From: Gammaproteobacteria bacterium
GTDB taxonomy: Bacteria > Pseudomonadota > Gammaproteobacteria > Pseudomonadales > CAMLJR01
Direction of reading: 5' to 3'
NCBI GenBank assembly: GCA_050485745.1
Contig: JBJHBY010000002.1
Location: forward strand, 1-45,008
Length of the DNA: 45,008 nt
Shown: positions 35,665 to 45,008 of the stretch, in pieces
Layout: each line of letters starts with the position of its first letter
Numbering within the stretch: position 1 is the first letter of the stretch
Made by a program: the position numbers and the translations under genes
Notes under the pieces: generated by a model
What the model was told of the DNA's origin: nothing
The model's database searches: none
The model's input: only the letters and a program-made list of their open reading frames with translations

Positions 35665-36867
35665 TCAGTTGCCGTCACCGGGCAGGAAGGCGGCGACAAC
35701 GCTGTCCAGAAAGTCGAAGCCGGTAGCCGTGGTGGTGACCCTGTTGCCACGCCACAACAGCAGGCCGCGTGCGATCAGCGCATCCACCGTGGTGTTGATT
35801 CGGGCCCAGGGCAGCCCGGTGCTTGCCTCGAAGTCGGCAATGGCGAAGCCCTCGCGCAGGCGCAGGGCGTTCATCATGAATTCCAGGGGGCGCTCCTCCG
35901 GGGCGATGTTGCGGCCGGGCCAGATGGGGCTGGCGGGCGCTGCGCCAGCGACAGCGGCGAGGTAGTCCCGCGGCATGCGCGTGGCCTGATAGCGCAGCAG
36001 CACAACGGAGGTATCACGTCCGGCCGCCGGCAGAGTGACCTTGCCATGGGCGCCGGCTCCGATACCCAGGTAGTCACCAAAGCGCCAGTAGTTGAGGTTG
36101 TGCCGGGCCTCTTCTCCCGGGTGCGCGTGGGCCGAGACTTCATAGCGGTGCAGGCCGGCCGCCGCCAGGCGAGCCAGGCCCAGGTCGAGAATCTCCCCCA
36201 GCTGATCGTCCTGCGGCAGGGTGGGCGGGCGCTTGTGAAAGGCGGTGTTGGGCTCGATGGTGAGTTGATACCAGGACAGGTGACTGGCGCCCAGCGCCAG
36301 CGCCTGCTCGATGTCCGCGAGGGCTTGTGCCGGAGTTTGCCCTGGCAGGCCATGCATCAGGTCGAGGTTGAAGCGTTCAAAGCCGGCGCGGCGCAGGGCA
36401 TCCACCGCACGCCGGGCCTCTTCCGCGTCATGGATGCGCCCCAGGGCCTTGAGCTGTGTGTCATGGAAGCTTTGCACACCGATGGACAACCGGTTCACGC
36501 CGGCGTGGTGGTAGTCGCGAAAGCGGCCCTGTTCCGCGGTGCCTGGATTGGCTTCCAGGGTGATCTCGATGTCCGTGTCCAGCGTGCATTGTGCCGCCAC
36601 GCCGTCGAGGATGCGGGCAATGGCCGCGCCGGAAAACAGGCTGGGCGTACCGCCGCCAAAAAAGATCGAGCGCAGCGCGCGCCCCTGTAACCAGTCGCGC
36701 TGGGAGGCCAGGTCCTGCAGCAGCGCCTCGACATAATCCGCTTCGGGCAGGGTCGTCGCTTCGTGGGAGTTGAAGTCGCAGTACGGGCACTTGCGCACGC
36801 ACCAGGGGATGTGGATATAAAGCGACAGTGGCGGCAGTGCCGCGACCTGCGCCCCTTCAGCTGTCAT
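35665..36867 (-). CDS. hemW: Radical SAM family heme chaperone HemW (HemN-like, oxygen-independent coproporphyrinogen oxidase-like)
   Basis: ORF 35665..36867(-). [22 protein letters not shown] (CxxxCxxC), [20 protein letters not shown]. The start overlaps the ubiD 3' end by 11 nt. Confidence 0.88.
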   Translation of the reverse strand: MTAEGAQVAALPPLSLYIHIPWCVRKCPYCDFNSHEATTLPEADYVEALLQDLASQRDWLQGRALRSIFFGGGTPSLFSGAAIARILDGVAAQCTLDTDIEITLEANPGTAEQGRFRDYHHAGVNRLSIGVQSFHDTQLKALGRIHDAEEARRAVDALRRAGFERFNLDLMHGLPGQTPAQALADIEQALALGASHLSWYQLTIEPNTAFHKRPPTLPQDDQLGEILDLGLARLAAAGLHRYEVSAHAHPGEEARHNLNYWRFGDYLGIGAGAHGKVTLPAAGRDTSVVLLRYQATRMPRDYLAAVAGAAPASPIWPGRNIAPEERPLEFMMNALRLREGFAIADFEASTGLPWARINTTVDALIARGLLLWRGNRVTTTATGFDFLDSVVAAFLPGDGN

Positions 36868-38329
36868 CCAGCCCCAGCTCCGGCCACAGCAGGTCGATGC
36901 GCGCTTTCACTCCGGCATCGCGCACGATGGGGCGACCCCATTCGCGGGTGGTCTCGCCGGTCCATTTGCTGGTGGCATCCATCCCCATCTTCGAGCCCAG
37001 CCCTGAAACAGGAGAGGCAAAATCCAGATAGTCGATCGGCGTATTCTCGACCAGGACCGTATCCCGCGCGGGATCCATGCGCGTGGTAATGGCCCAGATC
37101 ACATCTTCCCAGTTGCGCGCGTCGACATCGTCGTCGGTGACCACCACGAACTTGGTGTACATGAACTGGCGCAGGAAGCTCCAGACACCGAACATGACCC
37201 GCTTGGCATGTCCGGGATACTGTTTCTTCATGGTCACCACGGCGAGCCGGTAGGAGCAGCCCTCCGGCGGCAGATAGAAGTCGGTGATCTCGGGAAACTG
37301 CTTGCGCAGCAGGGGCACGAGCACTTCATTCAGCGCCGCCCCCAGTACCGCAGGCTCATCGGGCGGGCGCCCGGTGTAGGTGCTGTGGTAGATCGGGTCG
37401 CGGCGATGGGTGATGTGGGTCACGGTGAATACCGGGAAGCGGTCCACCTCATTGTAGTAACCGGTGTGGTCCCCGAACGGGCCTTCGTCGGCGCTCTCTT
37501 CAGGGTCGATGTAACCCTCGAGGATGAACTCGGCCCGTGCCGGTACCTGCAGGTCATTGCTCAGCGAGGTGGTCACTTCGGTGCGGGCGCCGCGCAGCAG
37601 GCCGGCAAAGGCGTACTCACTCAGGGTATCGGGCACCGGTGTGACCGCGCCGAGGGTGGTGGCCGGGTCCGCACCCAGGGCCACCGAGACCGGAAAGCGT
37701 TCCCCGGGGTGGGCGCGCTTGAAGTCCTCGAAGTCCAGGGCGCCGCCGCGGTGTGACAGCCAGCGCATGATCAGCTTGTTGCGGCCGATCAGCTGCATGC
37801 GGTAAATGCCCAGGTTCTGGCGTTCCTTTTCCGGCCCGCGGGTGATCACCAGTGGCCAGGTCACCAGGGGGCCGGCGTCACCAGGCCAGCAGGTCTGGAT
37901 GGGCAGGCGGTTGAGGTCGACCTCGTCTCCCTGCAGCACCACCTGCTGGCAAGGTGCGCTGCGCACGGACTTCGGGCCCATGTTCAGCACCTGCCGGAAC
38001 AGCGGCATCTTCGACCAGGCGTCGCGCAAGCCCCTGGGCGGGTCCGGCTGGCGCAGAAACGCCAGCAACTCGCCGACTTCACGCAGGGCTTCGGTACTTT
38101 CCTGCCCCATGCCCAGGGCGACCCGGAGTTCGGTACCGAACAGATTGGCCAGCACCGGAATGTCGTAGCCTTTCGGGTTCTCGAACAACAGCGCAGGGCC
38201 ACCGGCACGCAGTACCCGGTCGCTGATCTCGGTCATCTCCAGGTGCGGGTCGACAGCGGTACCGACCCGCTTCAACTCGCCGCGGGCCTCGAGAAAGGCA
38301 ATGAACTCGCGCAGGTCGGAGTGTTTCAT
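36857..38329 (-). CDS. ubiD: 4-hydroxy-3-polyprenylbenzoate decarboxylase UbiD
   Basis: ORF 36857..38329(-). [22 protein letters not shown] aligns with the E. coli UbiD N-terminus. [30 protein letters not shown] motifs. Confidence 0.93.
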   Translation of the reverse strand: MKHSDLREFIAFLEARGELKRVGTAVDPHLEMTEISDRVLRAGGPALLFENPKGYDIPVLANLFGTELRVALGMGQESTEALREVGELLAFLRQPDPPRGLRDAWSKMPLFRQVLNMGPKSVRSAPCQQVVLQGDEVDLNRLPIQTCWPGDAGPLVTWPLVITRGPEKERQNLGIYRMQLIGRNKLIMRWLSHRGGALDFEDFKRAHPGERFPVSVALGADPATTLGAVTPVPDTLSEYAFAGLLRGARTEVTTSLSNDLQVPARAEFILEGYIDPEESADEGPFGDHTGYYNEVDRFPVFTVTHITHRRDPIYHSTYTGRPPDEPAVLGAALNEVLVPLLRKQFPEITDFYLPPEGCSYRLAVVTMKKQYPGHAKRVMFGVWSFLRQFMYTKFVVVTDDDVDARNWEDVIWAITTRMDPARDTVLVENTPIDYLDFASPVSGLGSKMGMDATSKWTGETTREWGRPIVRDAGVKARIDLLWPELGLDDS

Positions 38330-38340
38330 TTGAGCAAGAA

Positions 38341-38416
38341 GCGAGACGCGCTGCGCGAGACGCGACCCGAAGTCGTTTGGCTCGGGAGCGGTGGCGTCTC
38401 GCGTCTTGCGTCTCGC
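38341..38416. repeat. Composite GC-rich palindromic element filling the rho-ubiD spacer (REP-like or terminator/processing hairpin)
   Basis: Left arm GCGAGACGC (38341-49) and CGCGAGACGC (38354-63) pair with GCGTCTCGCG (38394-403) and GCGTCTCGC (38408-16). An inner hairpin CCCGA(38366-70)/TCGGG(38382-86) is also present. The element begins 1 nt after the rho stop and ends 11 nt before the ubiD ATG. Confidence 0.7.
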
Positions 38417-38417
38417 C

Positions 38418-39686
<1,269 letters not shown>

Positions 39687-39896
39687 AGGGGAAGGTGAAT
39701 GGTTACTGGTTGAAATCGGGGAAGCGCGCGCACGGGAAGCGCACGAGCGGGATTAAGGAAACAGTGACGGACTCGCGACAGGGTGGAACAAGCGGCTTGG
39801 CGTGTTATGGAATTGTGCGAGAGTCGGGATAGCGCAACTCTAGCACCGTGTTGTTGCGTCGTCCAGTATTTGCTTGCATCAAGGGTTTCGAGGTTT
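39687..39896 (-). promoter_or_regulatory. rho 5' leader, C-rich and G-poor on the sense strand (candidate rut-like autoregulatory attenuator region)
   Basis: The sense strand reads ...CCACCCTGTCGCGAGTCCGTCACTGTTTCCTTAATCCCGCTCGTGCGCTTCCCGTGCGCGCGCTTCCCCGATTTCAACCAGTAACCATTCACCTTCCCCT-ATG. Rho autoregulation through its leader is established in E. coli. No promoter is confidently placed. Confidence 0.4.
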
Positions 39897-39920
39897 CCGC
39901 CCCCTCCCGGGAGGGGGCGG
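39897..39920 (-). terminator. Perfect 24-nt GC palindrome after trxA (terminator-like hairpin without U-tract)
   Basis: CCGCCCCCTCCC/GGGAGGGGGCGG, 13 nt downstream of the trxA stop (39934). Followed on the sense strand by AAACCTCGAAACCC. Confidence 0.45.
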
Positions 39921-39933
39921 CGTGTATCGGGTA

Positions 39934-40263
39934 TCAGCCCAGTGCCGAGTCGATGAACTCACTCAGTTGTGTCTTGGACAGGGCGCCAACCTTGGTCGCC
40001 TCGGCGTTGCCATTGCGGAACAGGATCAGGGTCGGGATGCCGCGAATGCCGAAGCGGGGCGGGGTTTCGCCGTTGGCGTCGACATCGAGCTTGCACACCT
40101 TGAGGCGGCCCTCGTAGTCATTGGCAATTTCCGCGAGCACCGGGGCGATCATCTTGCAGGGGCCGCACCACTCCGCCCAGAAGTCGACCAGAACCGGCAG
40201 TTCCGACTTGAGGACATCTTGTTCGAAGCTGGCATCGGTGACGTGCAGGATGTTCTCGCTCAT
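39934..40263 (-). CDS. trxA: Thioredoxin 1
   Basis: ORF 39934..40599(-), trimmed to the ATG at 40263. 109 aa: [43 protein letters not shown] (WCGPC active site). trxA-rho synteny. Confidence 0.95.
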   Translation of the reverse strand: MSENILHVTDASFEQDVLKSELPVLVDFWAEWCGPCKMIAPVLAEIANDYEGRLKVCKLDVDANGETPPRFGIRGIPTLILFRNGNAEATKVGALSKTQLSEFIDSALG

Positions 40264-40382
40264 GGGTGGGGTTGCTCCGGATCGGGTGGTGAATCGGTGG
40301 GGGCTGTCTACAATGGGAGGCATCATATCATTCTGTTCCGGGCTGGCAACAGGGCCATCCCGGGTGTCGTGAGTCGCCGTCT

Positions 40383-41330
40383 GTGATTGAAGCGCAGTCC
40401 CGTTCCGGTGATCTTCCCCCACCACGCCTTGCCGCGATCGATCTCGGTTCCAACAGCTTTCACCTGTTGGTGGCCGAGTGGGAGGCCGGTGGCTACCGGC
40501 CGCGAGTCTGCCTGGCGCAGAGGGTGCAACTGGCGCTGGGGCTGCGCGATGAGCAACTGGATCCCGCGGCGATGTCCCGCGCCCTGGCCTGCCTGGCACG
40601 CTTTGCCCCCTTTCTGCACGGCATCGGCCCTGGCTGCATGCGTGCGGTTGGTACGCAGGCGTTGCGCGTCGCGCGCAATCGCCGCGACCTGCTCGATCCC
40701 GCCACGGCGTTGCTGGGATGCCCGGTCGAGGTGATCAGCGGTGAGGAGGAGGCCTGTCTGGTCTATGGCGTTGCCGCCGACCCTCTGGCGTCAGAACAAC
40801 TGGTGGTCGATGTTGGCGGCGGCAGTACGGAGCTGGTTGCGGGGCGTGGCATGCTGCGACAGCGACGTCTCAGTGTGCCGGTGGGCTGCATCGGTTTGCT
40901 TCATCACTTTCCCGGCGGCCGGCTGAACCGCGCCAACTTCCAGCGAGCGCGTGCCCAGGCCAGTGAGGTGTTGGGCGCCGCATGGGCTGGCGATCCGATA
41001 CCGCCGCGGGTGATCGGTTGCTCCGGCACCCTGCTGGCGATCGCCGCTGTACTGCAGCGCATGGGGCTGGGGGACGGCGCTATCCGGCGTCACGAACTGG
41101 AGCAGTTGCTGCAGGTCCTGGAGCGTTTTCCAATCCTGTCCGCCGTGCGCCTTCCGGGTCTTTCCGCCAGTCGGAGTCCGGTATTTGCCTCCGGGCTGGC
41201 GCTGGTCTGCGGACTTTTCGACGCGCTGGATCTCGACACCATGAGCCTGTCTCGCAGCGGGCTGCGTGAAGGCGTGCTGGCGGCACTGGCGGCCGGCCAC
41301 GAGGCACGCCTCTGCCTGGCCGCGGGCTGA
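40383..41330 (+). CDS. Ppx/GppA family phosphatase, short form (ASKHA N-terminal domains only, no C-terminal HD domain)
   Basis: ORF 40383..41330 (GTG start), 315 aa. [42 protein letters not shown]. Divergent from trxA, where gppA lies in E. coli (there separated by rhlB). Confidence 0.8.
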   Translation: MIEAQSRSGDLPPPRLAAIDLGSNSFHLLVAEWEAGGYRPRVCLAQRVQLALGLRDEQLDPAAMSRALACLARFAPFLHGIGPGCMRAVGTQALRVARNRRDLLDPATALLGCPVEVISGEEEACLVYGVAADPLASEQLVVDVGGGSTELVAGRGMLRQRRLSVPVGCIGLLHHFPGGRLNRANFQRARAQASEVLGAAWAGDPIPPRVIGCSGTLLAIAAVLQRMGLGDGAIRRHELEQLLQVLERFPILSAVRLPGLSASRSPVFASGLALVCGLFDALDLDTMSLSRSGLREGVLAALAAGHEARLCLAAG

Positions 41331-41336
41331 GACGTC

Positions 41337-42155
41337 TCAGTTCACCACCATCACATCGCAGTCCACCTGGTCCAGCACCTTCTCGGCGGTGTTGCCGATG
41401 ATCAGGCCGGACACGCCGCGGCGCCCCACCGTGCCGATCAGTACCAGGTCGACCTCGAGCGCACGCGCGGTTTCCACGACGATCTCGTCGGCGGCGCCGG
41501 CACGCACATGAATGCGTTCGCCGGGCAAGCCGGTCTGCGCCACCAGGCGGGAGCGATCCGGGTAGTTGAGCGAGTCGCTGTAGGCGTGGACGATATGCAC
41601 CTCGGCACCGTGCCCCTCGGCGAAGCGCTTGGCAAAGCTGATGATCAGGTTGTTCAGGCGCTGGTGGCTGTCATCCTCGCTGAGCAGGTTGACGGCGGCC
41701 AGGATGCGGCGACTCTTCCAGCCGCGGTGGCCCTTGACCAGCAACACCGGGCAGGGGCTGGTGCGCAGCAGGGCCCAGTCGTCGCGCTGGCTGAACATGC
41801 GCCCGGCCACCTGGATGGGTTCTGCCTCCTTGAAGATGAGTTCGGCACCACAGCGCGCCGCCGCCTGGGTGATGGCGCGAACCGGGTCGGCATCCCACAG
41901 GGCTTCGTAGCTGATGCTGACGTCGCTGCCGGACTCCGCTGCCACCATCGACTCCAGGCGTTGCTGATACTCGCGCAGAATCGCTGCACGGCTCACCTCG
42001 GGGTCAACCCGGCTGCCCGGGTCGGGGCGCTGGTAGACACAGGTGAGCAGGTGCAGACGCGAACCGGTCTCGCGTGCGGATATCAGCGCCCGGGCGAATG
42101 CGGGTTGCACCGTATGGGTCGGGTCGAGTACGACCAGTGTGGTCAGCGTTGACAT
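41337..42155 (-). CDS. Tandem-domain universal stress protein (UspE-like)
   Basis: ORF 41337..42155(-), 272 aa with two Usp domains. The second ends with the ATP-type motif LVLIGTVGRRGVSGLIIGNTAEKVLDQVDCDVMVV. Confidence 0.82.
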   Translation of the reverse strand: MSTLTTLVVLDPTHTVQPAFARALISARETGSRLHLLTCVYQRPDPGSRVDPEVSRAAILREYQQRLESMVAAESGSDVSISYEALWDADPVRAITQAAARCGAELIFKEAEPIQVAGRMFSQRDDWALLRTSPCPVLLVKGHRGWKSRRILAAVNLLSEDDSHQRLNNLIISFAKRFAEGHGAEVHIVHAYSDSLNYPDRSRLVAQTGLPGERIHVRAGAADEIVVETARALEVDLVLIGTVGRRGVSGLIIGNTAEKVLDQVDCDVMVVN

Positions 42156-42230
42156 GCGCTTGCCCCTGTTGCGAAGTGTCGGTTCAAATCCATTATGCCG
42201 TGACCCGCTGGCCGTTGCACATGATCTGCG

Positions 42231-43007
42231 TCAAGCGACCAGGGCCGCCGCGATGGCGATGTTCTGGCGCAGGTGGCCGGGGTCGATGGTGCCGATGATG
42301 GCGCTGGTGACGCCCGGGTGGGCGTAGACCATGGCCAGGCTGGCCTCGACGCCGCCTGTCTCACCGAGGTGGCCCGAGGCCAGTGCCTTTTTCACCAGCA
42401 CGCTCCTGCCGTGGGCGGCGCAGTAGTCCAGCACAGGCTCCTCCTCGCGGTACCCGGGGTTGTACGTGGCCATGACCACGTCGCAGCACTGTGCGGCCAG
42501 CAGGCCGCCCTCCAGAGTCTTTGTGGACATGCCGAAGCTGCGGATCCAGCCGGCCTGGCGCAGGCTGGCCAGTGTGTCGAGCACTGCCTCCTGTTCGATG
42601 ATGTGGCGATCGTTGCCGTCCGAGTGCACCAGCACCAGGTCCAGGTAATCGGTACCCAGCCGGCGCAGGCTGCGCTCGACGGAGTGTCGGGTGTGTTCCG
42701 CCGAGAAATCAAAGCGTGACTGGCCGGCCTCGAACTCCTCACCGACCTTGGTGCAGATCACCCAGTCCCGCCGCTGTCCGCGCAGCAGCTTGCCGAGGCG
42801 CACTTCACTGCTGCCATAGGCGGGCGCCGTATCCAGCAGGTTGATGCCGAGGTCCCGTGCCAGGTGCAGCAGTGCGGTGGCCGCGCGATCGTCGGGCAGA
42901 TGGAATCCCTGAGGGTACTTGACCCCCTCGTTGCGGCCGAGCTTGACCGTGCCGAGGCCGATGGGGCTGACCGCGATATCGGTGCGGGCAATGGAGCGCA
43001 GCTGCAT
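42231..43007 (-). CDS. Aldo/keto reductase family oxidoreductase (short, 258 aa)
   Basis: ORF 42231..43007(-). IGLGTVKLGR, GINLLDTAPAYGSSE, YLDLVLVHS. Begins 9 nt after the stop of the FAD-oxidoreductase gene. Confidence 0.82.
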   Translation of the reverse strand: MQLRSIARTDIAVSPIGLGTVKLGRNEGVKYPQGFHLPDDRAATALLHLARDLGINLLDTAPAYGSSEVRLGKLLRGQRRDWVICTKVGEEFEAGQSRFDFSAEHTRHSVERSLRRLGTDYLDLVLVHSDGNDRHIIEQEAVLDTLASLRQAGWIRSFGMSTKTLEGGLLAAQCCDVVMATYNPGYREEEPVLDYCAAHGRSVLVKKALASGHLGETGGVEASLAMVYAHPGVTSAIIGTIDPGHLRQNIAIAAALVA

Positions 43008-43016
43008 GATGAAGCC

Positions 43017-44240
43017 TCAGTCAAACAGGGTGTACCAGCACGGGCTGGCGATGCCGGGCCCGGGCAGGGCCGCCAGCGGTCGTAGTTCCGCGTCCGGCCT
43101 GGGTTGCAGCCGGCCGGCCCGCTGCAGCAGGGCGCAGACCCGGTCGCTGAGATCCGGGGCCAGCGTCAGCTTGGTGGGCCAGGCGGCGATGACATTGTCG
43201 AGGGTGGCATTCCGGGCACTGGCGAAGGCGGCGAAGGCCTGGTCCGGCCGGCCCAACCCCTGTTGCCGGGGCTCGGCGCGATCGATCGCCAGGGTGCGCC
43301 ACTCGCTGCGACCCAGGTCGACCCAGGGCAGCAGTGCCGCCAGCTCCGCGCGGGCGTGATCGATCAGTGCCGCGGGGGACAGGTCGACCCCCCCGGTGGC
43401 CAGATCCCCACCCAGATACCAGACCCAGCGGCCGTCACCACCGCGGTGGCTGGAGATGGTCAGGCGCGGGCTGGGGTTGGCGCCCAGGCAGTGGGCGTAG
43501 AGCGGGTGTGGATAATCGTGTCGCACCAGCACCTGGTGCAGCGGGCGCCGTTGCATGGCCGGTGCACTGGCGCCGGCGGCGGCGAGCAGAGCCTCGTTGC
43601 CGGCACCTGCGGCAAACACATAGCAGCGGGCGTGCAACTGCAGCGCGTCGCCCGTCGCCGTGGTGATGCTCAGGCTTTCCAGGCCATCTCGGCCAAGCTG
43701 CATCTGTAACTGATTCGCGGGGACATGCAGGATGCGCCCCGGGCAGTTTGCGGCCAGGCGTCGCGTGACATCGGGGATGTCCAGCACCAGGTCGACCAGG
43801 CGGTAGACCTGGCCGCGGAATGCGGGGTCGTCAAAGGGCGGGGGATAGTCGCTGCGGGCCAGCGTGTCGACGCGGCCCCGGGTCAGGCGGCTGGCCAGGA
43901 AGGTCGTCACCCGGGAGCCCAGGCCGCCGCTGGCCCAGAGGTGGAAATGTTCGGCGAGGACGCCCGCACCGCGCAGGTCGACCTCGCCCCTGCCGGCCAG
44001 GCACTGGCGCCAGCGCTCCGGCATCGCCGCAATGGCCTCGGAGGCGCCGGTAAGACTGCCGCCCAGGGCATACTTGATACCGCCGTGGATCATGCCCTGG
44101 GAGGCGATGCTCTGGCCGCCCCCGAGCTGCCCGCTTTCCAGCAGCACCACCTGCAAGCCGAGTTGTTGCAGGCGGTTCAACAGCCACAGTCCGGCAATGC
44201 CGCCGCCGAAAATCGCGATGTCGACCCGTGCTGCGGGCAT
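43017..44240 (-). CDS. FAD-dependent oxidoreductase (DAO / glycerol-3-phosphate-oxidase-like GR2 fold); substrate unknown
   Basis: ORF 43017..44519(-), trimmed to the ATG at 44240 (MPAARVDIAIFGGGIAGLWLLNRLQQLGLQVVLLESGQLGGGQSIASQGMIHGGIKY, a dinucleotide-binding GxGxxG). The upstream 93 codons are Arg/Pro/Gly junk overlapping the waaA start region. Confidence 0.78.
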   Translation of the reverse strand: MPAARVDIAIFGGGIAGLWLLNRLQQLGLQVVLLESGQLGGGQSIASQGMIHGGIKYALGGSLTGASEAIAAMPERWRQCLAGRGEVDLRGAGVLAEHFHLWASGGLGSRVTTFLASRLTRGRVDTLARSDYPPPFDDPAFRGQVYRLVDLVLDIPDVTRRLAANCPGRILHVPANQLQMQLGRDGLESLSITTATGDALQLHARCYVFAAGAGNEALLAAAGASAPAMQRRPLHQVLVRHDYPHPLYAHCLGANPSPRLTISSHRGGDGRWVWYLGGDLATGGVDLSPAALIDHARAELAALLPWVDLGRSEWRTLAIDRAEPRQQGLGRPDQAFAAFASARNATLDNVIAAWPTKLTLAPDLSDRVCALLQRAGRLQPRPDAELRPLAALPGPGIASPCWYTLFD

Positions 44241-44383
44241 GGCATTGTGTCCCCTGATGGGTGTTGCCGGGCTGGGTTGCGCGGTTACTGCTGCGTGATC
44301 CGGTGGTATTTTCCGCCGGGTGCTAGTATACGCGGGTTGCCCGCCGGGCCGATGACCCGGCCCCACCCGCTGCCGGAGCCGCG

Positions 44384-45008
44384 ATGGCGCGCCTGCTCTA
44401 CACCCTGTTATTCCATGCCCTGTTGCCCCTGGTCCTGATGCGCGTGGCCCTGCGCGCCCTGCGTGCGCCGGGCTACGGACGTCGTCTCGGTGAGCGTTTC
44501 GGCCGTTTTCGTGGCGCACCTCCCCCCGGTGGCATCTGGCTGCACGCGGTCAGTGTTGGCGAGGTTCAGGCCGCGCTGCCCCTGGTGCGCGCCCTGCGCC
44601 GGCAGTACCCGGAACTGGCGTTGACTGTCACCACGATGACGCCCACCGGTTCGGCGCGGGTGCGTGAGCTCTTCGCCGATGACGTCTTCCACGTCTATGC
44701 GCCCTGGGATCTGCCCTGGGCCGTCGCCGCATTTCTGCGGCGCACGCGGCCGCGGCTGGTGATTGTCATGGAAACCGAGCTTTGGCCCAACGTGATTCAT
44801 GCCTGCCGACACCGGGGCCTTCCCGTATTGCTGGCCAATGCCCGCCTTTCGAGGCGCTCCGCACGTGGGTACGCGCGTATCGGTGCGCTGTCGCGCCCGA
44901 TGCTGGGCGCCCTGTCCGCGGTGGCGGCCCAGACCCGCGAGGATGCCCGGCGCCTGCTGGCACTGGGTGTACCGGCAGGGCATCTGCAGGTGACGGGCGG
45001 TATCAAGT
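44384..45008 (+). CDS. waaA: 3-deoxy-D-manno-octulosonic acid (Kdo) transferase WaaA. N-terminal 208 codons only; continues past the right window edge.
   Basis: Absent from the track (open at the edge). Hand translation from the ATG at 44384: MARLLYTLLFHALLPLVLMRVALRALRAPGYGRRLGERFGRF...GIWLHAVSVGEVQAALPLVRAL...LTVTTMTPTGSARVRELF...RPRLVIVMETELWPNVI...LLANARLS, which is the characteristic KdtA N-terminal domain. Confidence 0.88.
   Translation, partial: MARLLYTLLFHALLPLVLMRVALRALRAPGYGRRLGERFGRFRGAPPPGGIWLHAVSVGEVQAALPLVRALRRQYPELALTVTTMTPTGSARVRELFADDVFHVYAPWDLPWAVAAFLRRTRPRLVIVMETELWPNVIHACRHRGLPVLLANARLSRRSARGYARIGALSRPMLGALSAVAAQTREDARRLLALGVPAGHLQVTGGIK

Overview
High-GC (mid-60s % by eye) chromosomal segment of a gammaproteobacterium, densely packed with core housekeeping genes in Pseudomonas/E. 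coli-like blocks. These are ptsP-rppH, ygfB-pepP-ubiH-ubiI, zapB-like/zapA-ssrS(6S RNA)-ygfA, ilvA, rpiA, lgt-thyA-folA, ilvD, hemW-ubiD-rho-trxA and waaA. I see no CRISPR array, transposase, integrase, tRNA/rRNA gene or recognisable phage or defence genes. Less ordinary content: (1) a six-gene TonB2-type energy-transduction operon (DUF3450, long TtpC-like ExbB paralog, ExbB, ExbD, TonB, TPR protein) behind an unusually long AT-rich leader; (2) convergent to it, a membrane HAMP/class III nucleotidyl cyclase translationally coupled to a helical-repeat lipoprotein, which is the best candidate for an undescribed module; (3) a Fur-boxed FbpA/FbpB iron importer with no ATPase gene, followed by an orphan gcvH; (4) an overlapping NRDE(TANGO2-like)/FAH-family pair; (5) a small NTF2-like/DapB-like accessory pair; (6) several structured intergenic elements (between rho and ubiD, between ilvD and the cyclase gene, and the rho leader). 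All product calls rest on motif-level reading of the translations and on synteny, since no searches were run. Many long ORFs in the track are antisense artefacts of high GC and were rejected. Two edge-truncated genes absent from the track (ptsP, waaA) were found by translating the sequence by hand. Overall I do not see a convincing novel multi-gene system; the findings are leads, not discoveries.
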